Assembly: GCA_963810915.1 (NCBI GenBank) | Contig: CAWEPH010000004.1 | Coordinates: 216,027 to 280,026 of the forward strand | Length of the DNA: 64,000 nt | Source: an uncultured Actinomycetes bacterium | GTDB lineage: Bacteria > Actinomycetota > UBA4738 > HRBIN12 | Direction: 5' to 3' | Part shown: positions 9,268-18,639 of the stretch, one piece after another | Numbering within the stretch: position 1 is the first letter of the stretch | Layout of the letters: each line of letters begins with the position of its first letter | The notes under the pieces: generated by a model | Seen by the model: the letters and a program-made list of their open reading frames with translations, nothing else | What the model was told of the DNA's origin: nothing | Database searches by the model: none | Position numbers and translations under genes: made by a program

Positions 9268-9795
9268 CTAGCCCGTGGACGGGACGGCGCAGCGCTCGGC
9301 GAGCTCATAGGCCCATGCGCGAGCACGCTCGGCCTCGCCTTCCTCCAGGGTGCTCTGCTTGGTCACGAGGAAGCTTCCCGGCTCTCCCACCGTCTGGAAG
9401 CCATGTTGCTGCAGCCGCTGGGTGATGCCCTTGGCGGCCGAGCCGGTGAGGGCCTTGGGGCCGTGCATCCGTGTGTCGAACGCCGCTGCGAGGCGGCCTT
9501 CCCCCGGTGGGACCTGCTCCGTCCATGCCCGCAGCCCATGACCGCGGGTGGGATCCTCGAAGGTGTTCTTCCCGTCCCTCAAGGCTTGCTCGCGGGTGCC
9601 GTCGCGGGTCATGCCGTGGGCGTGCGTCGGCCCTCCCACGACGAGCAGGTCCATCCCCGCCGCAGCCGTGGGATCGACGTCGTCGACCTGATCGATGACC
9701 GTCTCGATGCCGCCCTCATCCAGTCCTTGCCCGATCGCCTCGGCGATCCGCGCCGTGTTGCCGTACATCGACTCGTACACCACCAGCGCCTTCAT
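9268..9795 (-). CDS. Flavodoxin-like protein
   Basis: MKALVVYESMYGNTARIAEAI N-terminus is typical of flavodoxin-fold FMN proteins. GGGAGGAGG lies upstream. Confidence 0.8.
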   Translation of the reverse strand: MKALVVYESMYGNTARIAEAIGQGLDEGGIETVIDQVDDVDPTAAAGMDLLVVGGPTHAHGMTRDGTREQALRDGKNTFEDPTRGHGLRAWTEQVPPGEGRLAAAFDTRMHGPKALTGSAAKGITQRLQQHGFQTVGEPGSFLVTKQSTLEEGEAERARAWAYELAERCAVPSTG

Positions 9796-9987
9796 CTCAG
9801 CCTCCTCCCGCGTCCCGGTGCCGCCGCGGACGAGAGCGGCGCCCTCGAGTCCTATCGCGATCGTCGCGCGCCGGCGGCAAGCGAGCCCCGGCCGTCCGTC
9901 CCACTACCGGAGGGTCGGGCGGGTCGTGGCTCGACCGGGTGCGGAGGCGGGCGCCGCGGCGCATCATGGAGGTAGGGGTGAGGTTCT

Positions 9988-11076
9988 GTGCCGGTCGCGG
10001 AGAGCGCGTACCCGACCACCTGGTGGCATCGCCTCGATGACGGGCGGATCCGTTGCGACGTCTGCCCGCGCGGATGCGCGCTGCACGAAGGGCAGCGCGG
10101 GCTCTGCTTCGTGCGCAGGCGCGAAGGGAACGCCGTCGTCCTCACGACCTACGGCCGCTCCTCGGGCTTCTGCGTCGACCCGATCGAGAAGAAGCCGCTC
10201 GACCACTTCCTGCCGGGCACCTCCGTGCTCTCCTTCGGAACGGCCGGGTGCAATCTCGCGTGCCGCTTCTGCCAGAACTGGGACATCTCCAGGTCGCGTG
10301 ACGTCGACACCCTCGCCGATGAGGCATCGCCGGAGGCGATCGCCGAGATGGCAGAGCGGCTGGGCTGCCGTTCGGTCGCCCTCACCTACAACGACCCGGT
10401 GATCTTCCTCGAGTACGCGATCGACGTCGCAGACGCGTGTCGCGCGCGCGGGATCCGCACGGTCGCGGTGACGGCGGGCTACGTGAACGCCGGGCCGGCC
10501 CGCTCGCTCTTCGCGCACATGGACGCCGCCAACGTCGATCTCAAAGGGTTCACGGAGCGCTTCTACCACGACGTCTGCGCCGGGAAGCTCGCTCCGGTGC
10601 TTGCGACGCTCGAGTACCTCGCCCACGAGACCGCCGTCTGGTTCGAGCTCACCACGCTCGTGATCCCGGGCCTGAACGACGGCGATGTCGAGCTGGACCG
10701 GATGACGCGCTGGGTGGTGGCGCATCTCGGTCCGGACGTGCCGATGCACTTCACCGCGTTCCATCCCGACTGGAAGATGCGCGATCGCCCGCCGACGCAG
10801 CCACGGATGCTCGTTAGGGCGCGATCGATCGCGATCGACAACGGTGTCCGTTACGCGTACACGGGCAACGTGGTCGATCCCGAAGGGCAGTCCACACGCT
10901 GTCACGCCTGCGACGCGCTGCTGGTGGGGCGCGACGGCTACCGGATCACGTCGTGGGGTCTCGCCGCGACGGGGCGCTGCCTGGCCTGCGGCACGCCCTG
11001 CGCCGGGGTCTTCGACGCGGGGCCGGGCACCTGGGGGCCGCGGCGGCTACCGCTGCCACGGGTGGGTGCAGGCTGA
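9988..11076 (+). CDS. amrS: AmmeMemoRadiSam system radical SAM enzyme
   Basis: N-terminal extra Cys cluster (CDVCPRGC), the radical SAM motif CNLACRFCQNW and a C-terminal Cys cluster. Directly coupled to a Memo-like gene. Confidence 0.85.
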   Translation: MPVAESAYPTTWWHRLDDGRIRCDVCPRGCALHEGQRGLCFVRRREGNAVVLTTYGRSSGFCVDPIEKKPLDHFLPGTSVLSFGTAGCNLACRFCQNWDISRSRDVDTLADEASPEAIAEMAERLGCRSVALTYNDPVIFLEYAIDVADACRARGIRTVAVTAGYVNAGPARSLFAHMDAANVDLKGFTERFYHDVCAGKLAPVLATLEYLAHETAVWFELTTLVIPGLNDGDVELDRMTRWVVAHLGPDVPMHFTAFHPDWKMRDRPPTQPRMLVRARSIAIDNGVRYAYTGNVVDPEGQSTRCHACDALLVGRDGYRITSWGLAATGRCLACGTPCAGVFDAGPGTWGPRRLPLPRVGAG

Positions 11077-11864
11077 TGGCCGCCATCGTGCGCGCTCCGG
11101 CAGCCGTCGGCACGTTCTATCCGGGCGTGCGCGCGCACCTGGTCGAGGCCGTCGACCTGCTGTTGCAGGGCGTGGAGCCGCGGGAGGGGGCGCGACCGAG
11201 GGGCCTCATCGCCCCGCATGCCGGCTACGTCTACTCGGGGCCGGTGGCCGCCAGCGCCTACGTGGCCCTTCGTCCGTGGGTGGATGAGGTCTCCCGAGTC
11301 CTCGTGCTCGGGCCGGCGCACTTCGCGCCGCTCGTCGGCATGGCCGTTCCCTTCGCTTCCGCCTGGCAGACGCCCCTCGGCGACGTGCCGGTCGATCCCG
11401 AGCTGCACGAGGCCGCCGTGGACGCCGGCTGCATGGTCGACGACGAGACGCACGCGCCGGAGCACGCCGTCGAGGTCCAGCTGCCGTTCTTGCAACGCCT
11501 GGTCGAGGACCGGCTACGGTTCCTCCCGGTGGCGGTGGGCGAGACCGATGCGGAGGAGGTCGCGCGCCTCCTGCAGGTGCTGGAACCGCTCGTGGATCTG
11601 GTCGTCGTCAGCACGGATCTCAGCCACTACGAGGACATCGAAACAGCACGGACGCTCGACCGCCGCACCGCGGACGCCATCCTCGCGCGCGACCCCTCAG
11701 CGCTCCACCGATCGGCCGCGTGCGGCGTCTTCGCGCTCCGTGGCGCCCTCACGTTCGCGCGCGTCGCGTCGCTCGACGTGCGTCTGCTCGACCTCCGGAA
11801 CTCCGGGGACACCGCCGGCGATCCCGAGCGCGTGGTGGGCTACGGCGCGTTCACCCTCACGTGA
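11076..11864 (+). CDS. amrB: AmmeMemoRadiSam system protein B (MEMO1-like)
   Basis: ATG 11076 overlaps the amrS stop (TGATG). APHAGYVYSG motif. DLSHY motif. Confidence 0.85.
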   Translation: MAAIVRAPAAVGTFYPGVRAHLVEAVDLLLQGVEPREGARPRGLIAPHAGYVYSGPVAASAYVALRPWVDEVSRVLVLGPAHFAPLVGMAVPFASAWQTPLGDVPVDPELHEAAVDAGCMVDDETHAPEHAVEVQLPFLQRLVEDRLRFLPVAVGETDAEEVARLLQVLEPLVDLVVVSTDLSHYEDIETARTLDRRTADAILARDPSALHRSAACGVFALRGALTFARVASLDVRLLDLRNSGDTAGDPERVVGYGAFTLT

Positions 11865-11876
11865 TCGTCCATCGCG

Positions 11877-12353
11877 CTAGGAACGTCCCTCGTTCCAGAC
11901 CTCGGCGATCTGCGCGAACCGGACGGATTGCGCGTCGAACAGCGGCTTCGCTTCGACCTTCACGGACTCGGTCTGTGTCCCCGCCGCGAAGATCACGGGA
12001 CCGTGGTCGTGCACGGTCGGGTCGACGATCGTGTCGACGCCCAGCAAGGGCGCCACCGGAGGCAGCGATCCCAGCTCGAACCCGCCGAAGTCATGCGTGA
12101 TCTCGTCCTCGTCGGCGAGCGACGCGTTCGGATCCTCGAGGACGCTGCGCACGAGCGCCATATCGAGCCGCTCGCCGCCCGGCAGCACCAGGGCCACGTG
12201 GCGGCCGCCGGTGTCGACGATCACGGTCTTCAGCACCTCGTCGGCCTCGATCCCCAGCGCGTGGGCCTCCGCGATGCCCGTGAACGTCCGGTCGTGTCTG
12301 AGGATCTCGTACTCGATCCCCTGACGTTCCAGGTAGTCCGTCAACGTGGTCAT
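11877..12353 (-). CDS. YbaK/EbsC-type aminoacyl-tRNA editing domain protein
   Basis: MTTLTDYLERQGIEYE... and KTVIVDTGG..VALVLPG resemble the tRNA_edit domain. GGGGTGAGG lies upstream of ATG 12353. Confidence 0.7.
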   Translation of the reverse strand: MTTLTDYLERQGIEYEILRHDRTFTGIAEAHALGIEADEVLKTVIVDTGGRHVALVLPGGERLDMALVRSVLEDPNASLADEDEITHDFGGFELGSLPPVAPLLGVDTIVDPTVHDHGPVIFAAGTQTESVKVEAKPLFDAQSVRFAQIAEVWNEGRS

Positions 12354-12443
12354 GGACCTCACCCCCAACGCCATGCAACCGCAACGGGCGTAGATCTCGC
12401 AGCGCTCCCTGGCCCGCCGCGGCAGGGACCTTCGGGCGACGGG

Positions 12444-12965
12444 CTAGCGACCGAACGTGTCGAGGAGCAGCCACCCCGTCCCGGCCAGCCACGTGACCGC
12501 GGCCACCGGCGCCACGACGGCGACGCCGCGCCGCCACCGCATGGCCGTGAGCCCGATCGCGAGTGCGCCGAACGTCGCGAGGTCCTTCACGACCGCGCGA
12601 TCGGTGGCCGGGAAGCGCCGGGCGCGCGCCACGTCGATGCAGAGATCGAAGTTCGGATCGAGGTGCGCCCCGGCCGGGCAGGCGTTGGTCGGGAATCCGC
12701 CCACGATCAGCCAGGCACCCAACACGAACAGCGCGGACAGGCCCCACATCCACCCGGTCTCGCCGTCGGGCTCCACGGGGCGCATCTGCACGGATCGCAG
12801 GATGGCGACGGCGAGCGCCGTGACGCCGGCCGCCGTCATCCACACGAGCGCCGAGAAGCTGGGCGACATCGAACAGGACCGGGTGCAGAGCGCGTCGTCC
12901 GTGGTCGTGACGAGGTAGGCGAGGCCGGTCGCGAGGAGACATCCCCCGGTCGTGAACCCGGCCAC
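12444..12965 (-). CDS. Integral membrane protein (hypothetical)
   Basis: Several hydrophobic helices. The start is uncertain: GTG 12965, or upstream as far as 13103. Confidence 0.5.
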   Translation of the reverse strand: MAGFTTGGCLLATGLAYLVTTTDDALCTRSCSMSPSFSALVWMTAAGVTALAVAILRSVQMRPVEPDGETGWMWGLSALFVLGAWLIVGGFPTNACPAGAHLDPNFDLCIDVARARRFPATDRAVVKDLATFGALAIGLTAMRWRRGVAVVAPVAAVTWLAGTGWLLLDTFGR

Positions 12966-13056
12966 GCGGCCGGCGGGAGCGATGGGCTCGGACGTCGAGA
13001 CCTCCTGGAAGGCAGGGCGAGCGGGCGTGCTCAGTCTAGTGACGTTCGCGGAGCAG

Positions 13057-13881
13057 CTACGGGGCCGAAGACGCGGGTCGGGGCTCGCTGCCCTCGACCA
13101 CAAGGCGGAGCAAGCGATCGCGCTCCAGGACGAGCGCCATCTGGTTGCAGAATGCCTCGAGCACGCGACGCTCCGATGGGACCAGCGGACTCCGATGCCC
13201 CCGGAGCACGATCAATCCGAGGTTCCTGCGGCCCACGTTCAGCGTGAGCCGCTCCTCGATCATCTCGCCGCTCTCGATCGGGTCCACCCGGATCACGGAC
13301 GCCTCCTCGAGGCCGCCCAGGTCCGCGCGCGGAGAGATGAAGAGCGTGCCCTCCTCGAACCCGAACTTCATCACGATCAATCGCATCACGGGGTCGTAGG
13401 TCTCCCCGGCGGGACGGGGGTCCACGAGGGCGTACGTGAGGTCCTGCTGCAGGCGCAGTTCGCGCTCGCGCCGCTCGGCGGCCTCGGCTCGCGACCGCGC
13501 GTTCGCGAAGAGCTCCGAGATCAGGATCGAGAGCCCCAGGAAGACGAAGAGCACGACGACGTGCTCCGCTTCCGCGATGCGGAACGTGTCGTAAGGCGGG
13601 ATGAAGAAGAAGTTGAACGCGAGGAAGCCCAACACGGACGCGGTGATACCGGGGCCGAGGCCACCCACGGCCACGGTGACGACCACGAGGGTGAGGAAGG
13701 CGAACCCCTCGGTGATGGGATCGAGGTCATCGCGGAACGGGTGGAAGAGAGCGACGAGGGCGACGGTCCCGAGGGTCGCGAGGAGGTATCCGGCCACCAG
13801 ACGTCCGCGTCCCGGGGACAGGAACGCGCGCGTCGGGGAGTCCAGCGCCCCCTGGGCGGAGTCGGTTCCACGGTCTGTCAT
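13057..13881 (-). CDS. KdpD-like sensor stub: DUF4118 membrane domain + GAF-like domain, no kinase core
   Basis: The helices LVAGYLLATLGTVALVALF..GFAFLTLVVVTVAVGGLGPG..FNFFFIPPY are typical of DUF4118. The C-terminal ~130 aa are GAF-like. No HisKA or HATPase motifs are present. Confidence 0.65.
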   Translation of the reverse strand: MTDRGTDSAQGALDSPTRAFLSPGRGRLVAGYLLATLGTVALVALFHPFRDDLDPITEGFAFLTLVVVTVAVGGLGPGITASVLGFLAFNFFFIPPYDTFRIAEAEHVVVLFVFLGLSILISELFANARSRAEAAERRERELRLQQDLTYALVDPRPAGETYDPVMRLIVMKFGFEEGTLFISPRADLGGLEEASVIRVDPIESGEMIEERLTLNVGRRNLGLIVLRGHRSPLVPSERRVLEAFCNQMALVLERDRLLRLVVEGSEPRPASSAP

Positions 13882-13965
13882 CCGGATATCCTCGCTCGCC
13901 TCCGCCAACAGCATAGGCTCGCCCGACGGGCGGGGGCGCTTCCGTGGAGCGAAGGCTGCCGTCGG

Positions 13966-16900
13966 CTACAGGCTCGCGATCCTCGCGCGGGCCGCCGCGG
14001 CGGCGACGACGTTCTCCTTCGCCTCGAAGAGCGCGAGCGCCTCCTCCAACGCCGCGTGTGCGCCGTCGAGGTCCGAGGCCCTGCGCAACGCGTCCGCCAG
14101 CGCCTCGCGGGCCTCGGCTCGCATGTTCAGGTCGTCGCTCTCGTCGGCGAGCCCCACGGCCTCTCGGCAGGACCGCTCACCCTCCGCCAGCTCGCCGCGC
14201 GCCGCCATCGCCCGCCCACGCACCCCGCGCAGCAACACCTGGGTGGCCAGGTCGTCCTCCGCGGCCGCCTCAGCGCTCTCCTGGATGAGCGCTTCGGCCT
14301 CTTCCGTCCGCCCCTCATCGAGCAAGCCGCGCGCGAGCAGCGCCGCGACCGTCGCGAGGAACCCCCGTTCGCCCAGCTTCTCGCTCACCTCGTAGCCCGC
14401 GCGCAGCGCGGCCTCCGCGGCGTCGGCGTCTCCCGCCAGGTCCTCGACATAGGCGACCGTCTCCGAGACGAAGGCGGCGCGCAGCCAGAGCCCGAGGTCT
14501 TCGAGGATGCCGACGGAGCGCGCCGCGAGCGAGCGCGCCTCGTCGAACCGCCCCTCCATCGCCCGCAGGGCGGCCAGGGCGCGCAGCACGAGCGCCTCCA
14601 CGACGTGGTTCGTCCGCGCGGTCGCCTGCACGGCCTCGCACCGGGCCACCGCCTGCGGCACCGGCGTCGGGCCGAGCACGGCGGTGCCCATCTGGAGCCC
14701 GAGGCTCTCTCCCTCCACCCACGGCGCGCCCGCGCGTCGAGCGTGCGCGATCGCGCGTTCGAGCGCTTCGTCCACGTCCGCGTAGCGGGCCTGCGTCCAG
14801 CGCACGTCGGCCGTGAGGCGCCACGCACGTGCGAGCCCGAGGTCGTCGCCGAGCGCCTCGAAGACGGGGATGACCCGCTCGAGCTCGCGCAGGGCGGCCT
14901 CGGTGCGCTCCTTGGGGTCGGTGGATTCCATCAGCAGCAGGCGCACGACGGTCGCGTGGCCTGCCAACCCACGGTCGCCGATCGCGTCGGCTCCGCTCAG
15001 CGCCTCGTCGAGGATGAGGTCGGCGCGCGCGAGGTCGCCCGTGTCCGCCAGGGCCACGCCGAGATCGGGCAGCAGCGCGAGGCGCTCGGGAGTGCCGGCT
15101 CCGCGCAGCGCGGCCGCGCGTTCCAGCAGGTTCGCGGCGGCGGCCATGTCGCCTCCGGCGAGCGCGCGCCGGCCCGCGACGGTGAGGCGGTCGGAGGCGC
15201 GCGCGCCCAACACACGCACGCGCTCGTCGGGAGCGGACAGTTCCCCCCGGTACCGATACGCCTGTTCGAGGTGGTACCCGACGACCTCCTCGTACTCCAC
15301 GAGGCGGTCCCCGCTGTGCCCCTCGATCCACCCCGCGAAGCGCTCGTGCAGCTCGGCGCGGCGCTCCTTGGGCAAGCCCTGGTAGGCGGCCTCCAGGATC
15401 AGGATGTGGTGGAACCGGAAGGCGTCCTCGCCCGCGAGCGTGGACCGCTCGGGGAGGATCAACCCCTTGCGCACGAGGGTCTGCAAGTGCCCTCCGACGC
15501 GCGGTTGCACTTCCTCGGGTGCCAGCTCGGCGACCGCACCCCACCAGAACTCCTTGCCGATCACCGCCGCGGTCCCGATCACCGCCTTCTCCTCGACGCT
15601 CAAGCGATCGAGCCGCGCCGCCAGGAGGGCCTGGATCGTGGCGGGCACCGCGACCTCGGCGAGATCGCCCACGACCCGCCAGCCGGCGTCCTCGCGTACG
15701 AGCCACCCGTCGTCCTCGAGCATCCGCAGCATCTCCTCGACGAAGAGCGGGTTGCCCTCCGCGGCCTCGACGATCCGCGCGGAGTCCGACGCGTCGAGCG
15801 GGGAGGCACCGAGGAGGTTCGCGATCAGCTCCACGCTCTCGTCGTCGCTGAGCGGCGCGAGCTCCAACGTGCGCGCGGACGCGAGGGCGCCTGTCCAGCT
15901 CGGCCGTACGTCGAGGAGGTCGAGGCGTGCGAGGCAGAGCAGCAAGACCCGGGCGTCGCGCGTCCATCCCGCGAGGTATTCCACGAGGTCCAGGAACGTG
16001 GGCTCCGCCCACTGGATGTCGTCGAAGAGCACCACGAGGGGCCGCTCCGTCTGCAAACACTCCAGGAACCGGCGTATCGCCCAGAAGGTCTCCTGCATCC
16101 CGCCCGGTGACTCCGCGAACCCCGAGACGGCCGCCACGCGCGCGGCGATCAGCTCCGCCTGGTCCGAACCCGCCAGAGCGCGTTCGATCTTCGCGCGCGC
16201 GGCCTCACGCGAGTCCTCCGTCGTGATGCCGCACGCGTCCTTCACCAGCTCGGCGACCGGCCAGAAGGTGATGCCGTCCCCGTACGGCAGGCAGCGGCCC
16301 CGCGCGACGCGGACCTCGTCGCCCAGGCTGTCGGCGAACTCGTGAGCGAGCCGGGACTTGCCGACCCCGGCGGCGCCGAGCACCGTCATCAGCTCGCAGC
16401 GCGCGTCGTGGGCGCTCACATCGAGGGCCTCGCGCAGCGCCGCGAGCTCCCGCCCACGTCCGACGAAGGTGGGGTGCTGTCGGTGGGGTGCGTCCGAACC
16501 GGGCTCGACGTCGAGGAGCCGGTACCCCGTCACGGGATCGGCCTTCCCCTTCAGGGAGAGCGCGCTGCCCTCGTCGACCGTGACGCTCGCCCGCACGAGC
16601 GCGTAGGTCTCGGGACCCAGCAACACCTCGCCGGGCGCGGCCGTCTGTTCCAGGCGCGCGGCCACGTTCACCGCGTCGCTCACCACGAGCGCGCCTCCCT
16701 GGGTTGCGCCCCCCACGACCACCTCGCCGGTGTTGACCCCGATCCGCGTGCGCAGCGAGACCCCCCAGGCGGGCTCCAACTCCCCGTTCAGCGTCTGGAG
16801 GGCCTGGCCCATCTCCGCGGCTGCGCGGACCGCCCGCAGGGCGTCGTCCTCGTGGAGCACCGGGGTGCCGAAGAACGCCACCACGGCGTCGCCGATGTAC

Positions 16901-17154
16901 TTCTCGACCGTGCCGCCGTGTCGTTCGATCACGGCACGCATCTCTTCGAAGAAGCGGGTCATGACCCGGCGCACCGACTCCGGCTCCAGCCGCTCGCCGA
17001 GGGGCGTCGAGCCGACCACGTCGCAGAACAGAACCGTCACGGTCTTGCGGGCGTCCCCGGCCATCGGCGCGGGGGTGGGCAAGGGCGCCGCGCAGGACAT
17101 GCAGAACCGGGCGCGGGCGGGGTTCGTCTCCCCGCAGGAGGTGCAAACCGGCAT
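13966..17154 (-). CDS. Zinc-ribbon + class III cyclase + AAA/STAND ATPase + TPR protein
   Basis: MPVCTSCGETNPARARFCMSC, then VLFCDVVGST..KYIGDAVVAFFG (cyclase), GAAGVGKSRL (P-loop) and a long helical-repeat C-terminus. Confidence 0.9.
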   Translation of the reverse strand: MPVCTSCGETNPARARFCMSCAAPLPTPAPMAGDARKTVTVLFCDVVGSTPLGERLEPESVRRVMTRFFEEMRAVIERHGGTVEKYIGDAVVAFFGTPVLHEDDALRAVRAAAEMGQALQTLNGELEPAWGVSLRTRIGVNTGEVVVGGATQGGALVVSDAVNVAARLEQTAAPGEVLLGPETYALVRASVTVDEGSALSLKGKADPVTGYRLLDVEPGSDAPHRQHPTFVGRGRELAALREALDVSAHDARCELMTVLGAAGVGKSRLAHEFADSLGDEVRVARGRCLPYGDGITFWPVAELVKDACGITTEDSREAARAKIERALAGSDQAELIAARVAAVSGFAESPGGMQETFWAIRRFLECLQTERPLVVLFDDIQWAEPTFLDLVEYLAGWTRDARVLLLCLARLDLLDVRPSWTGALASARTLELAPLSDDESVELIANLLGASPLDASDSARIVEAAEGNPLFVEEMLRMLEDDGWLVREDAGWRVVGDLAEVAVPATIQALLAARLDRLSVEEKAVIGTAAVIGKEFWWGAVAELAPEEVQPRVGGHLQTLVRKGLILPERSTLAGEDAFRFHHILILEAAYQGLPKERRAELHERFAGWIEGHSGDRLVEYEEVVGYHLEQAYRYRGELSAPDERVRVLGARASDRLTVAGRRALAGGDMAAAANLLERAAALRGAGTPERLALLPDLGVALADTGDLARADLILDEALSGADAIGDRGLAGHATVVRLLLMESTDPKERTEAALRELERVIPVFEALGDDLGLARAWRLTADVRWTQARYADVDEALERAIAHARRAGAPWVEGESLGLQMGTAVLGPTPVPQAVARCEAVQATARTNHVVEALVLRALAALRAMEGRFDEARSLAARSVGILEDLGLWLRAAFVSETVAYVEDLAGDADAAEAALRAGYEVSEKLGERGFLATVAALLARGLLDEGRTEEAEALIQESAEAAAEDDLATQVLLRGVRGRAMAARGELAEGERSCREAVGLADESDDLNMRAEAREALADALRRASDLDGAHAALEEALALFEAKENVVAAAAARARIASL

Positions 17155-17160
17155 GGGGCG

Positions 17161-17166
17161 AGTGTA
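17161..17166 (-). promoter_or_regulatory. -10-like hexamer TACACT, 6 nt before ATG 17154 (leaderless candidate)
   Basis: The reverse complement of 17161-17166 is TACACT. There is no SD sequence. Confidence 0.3.
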
Positions 17167-17245
17167 GGCCACTCCCACCGTGACCTTGCTCGCATGCTCA
17201 ACAGGCGCGTAGGCTCGGCCGCATAGGCGAGTCGAGGGGGTCACG

Positions 17246-17653
17246 ATGGCGAAAGAAGTGACGTTCAGCATGCGGAAGGGAGCCACGTTCAGTTTCGTGA
17301 CGGACGACGAGGAAGGCGCGGAGGATCTGCTCGACGCCGAGCCGGGAACCATCAGGCCGATCCACCTTCCCCTGTTCGCCATCACGGATGACGAAACCTG
17401 GGCCTATGACTCCGAGCCCGTCGGAACCCTGCACGGGTTCGTGGTCGTGACCGGCGGCCGGCACGCCGTTTGCCACCTCGTCTTCGCGATGGGGGAAGAC
17501 ACCGTGGTGGCGACCGGCGTGCTGCCCACGGGATCCTCGACCGTGAGCGATGGATGGATCGCCGTGACGGGTGGTACCGGCAGCCTCTTCCGTGCGTCGG
17601 GCGCCTGCCAGGTCACGACGAGGAATCCGAAGCGCTGGGACATCTTCATCTAG
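17246..17653 (+). CDS. Hypothetical protein, possibly dirigent / allene-oxide-cyclase-like beta-barrel
   Basis: GAGGGGG lies upstream. AVTGGTGSLFRASG resembles the GGTG motif of dirigent/AOC barrels. The family call is tentative. Confidence 0.55.
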   Translation: MAKEVTFSMRKGATFSFVTDDEEGAEDLLDAEPGTIRPIHLPLFAITDDETWAYDSEPVGTLHGFVVVTGGRHAVCHLVFAMGEDTVVATGVLPTGSSTVSDGWIAVTGGTGSLFRASGACQVTTRNPKRWDIFI

Positions 17654-17732
17654 CTCGCAGGAGCGCCCAGACGCATCGGCGACGTCGGGTCGGCATCGCT
17701 GAGCGTTCCGTCCATTCGTCCCGCGCATCGCG

Positions 17733-18590
17733 GTGAGCTGGGACGATGGAAGCAGACCCATGACGGCAGAGACGAAGATCGAAGACGCCACGCCGCGCGC
17801 CTGGACCGAAGGCGACGCGCCGATGCCCGCCCTGTACCTCGGCCACGGCGCGCCGCCCCTCCTCGACGATCGGTTGTGGACGTCGCAGCTCGCGGCCTGG
17901 GCGAGAGATCTCCCGAAGCCTCGCAGTGTGCTCATCGTCTCCGCGCACTGGGAGTCGGCGCCCCTGACGGTGGGGGCGACGCGCGACGCGGCGCCGCTCA
18001 CCTACGACTTCTACGGCTTCCCCGATCGGTTCTACCGCATGACGTATCCGTCGCCGGGCGCGCCCGACCTCGCGGCGCGCGTCGCGGCGTTGATGCCCGA
18101 CACCGAACGGGTCACCGAGCAGCCCGATCGAGGCCTCGATCACGGCGCGTACGTCCCGCTGATGGTGATGTACCCCAAGGCCGACGTCCCGGTCCTCCAG
18201 ATGTCGATGCCGACGCTCGATCCGGCGCGCCTCTTCGACCTCGGGAGGCGATTGCGTCCCTTGCGCGAGGAGGGCGTGCTCGTGGTCGGATCCGGGTTCC
18301 TCACGCACGGCCTGCCGTTCCTGACGGACTTCCGGCCCGACGCGACGCCGCCCGGGTGGTCGCGGGACTTCGACGACTGGGCTGCCGAGGCACTGGCTCG
18401 CGGCGACGTCGACCAGCTGATGGATTTCCGTCGCGCGGCGCCGGGCATGCCGTACGCACATCCGACGGTCGAGCACTTCGCGCCGCTGTTCGTGACGCTG
18501 GGCGCCGCCGACGATCCGGAGCGCGCGCCCGAGACCGAGATCGCGGGATTCTTCCTGGGTCTCGCGAAGCGATCGTTCCAGGTCGCCTGA
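17733..18590 (+). CDS. LigB-type class III extradiol dioxygenase (4,5-DOPA dioxygenase family)
   Basis: MPALYLGHGAP, SAHW, YDFYGFP and LDHGAYVPL motifs. The start is uncertain between 17733 and 17820. Confidence 0.85.
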   Translation: MSWDDGSRPMTAETKIEDATPRAWTEGDAPMPALYLGHGAPPLLDDRLWTSQLAAWARDLPKPRSVLIVSAHWESAPLTVGATRDAAPLTYDFYGFPDRFYRMTYPSPGAPDLAARVAALMPDTERVTEQPDRGLDHGAYVPLMVMYPKADVPVLQMSMPTLDPARLFDLGRRLRPLREEGVLVVGSGFLTHGLPFLTDFRPDATPPGWSRDFDDWAAEALARGDVDQLMDFRRAAPGMPYAHPTVEHFAPLFVTLGAADDPERAPETEIAGFFLGLAKRSFQVA

Positions 18591-18627
18591 GATCCGCCCG
18601 CTTGGCCGATCGCGGGACGCGCTCCGG

Positions 18628-18633
18628 TATCGT
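18628..18633 (+). promoter_or_regulatory. -10-like hexamer TATCGT, 6 nt before GTG 18640 (leaderless candidate)
   Basis: TANNNT box directly upstream of the start codon. Confidence 0.3.
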
Positions 18634-18639
18634 AGGCGG

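Noticed and set aside
14315-16060. 581-aa minus-strand ORF overlapping the cyclase-STAND gene in another frame.
   Set aside because: Extreme Arg/Gly/Pro composition. The neighbouring frame carries all the conserved motifs.
12952-16110. 1052-aa ORF on the plus strand, the longest in this area.
   Set aside because: It lies antisense to the cyclase-STAND gene. It is Arg/Gly/Pro/Glu-rich with no recognisable motifs, which is the typical open shadow frame of a very GC-rich gene.
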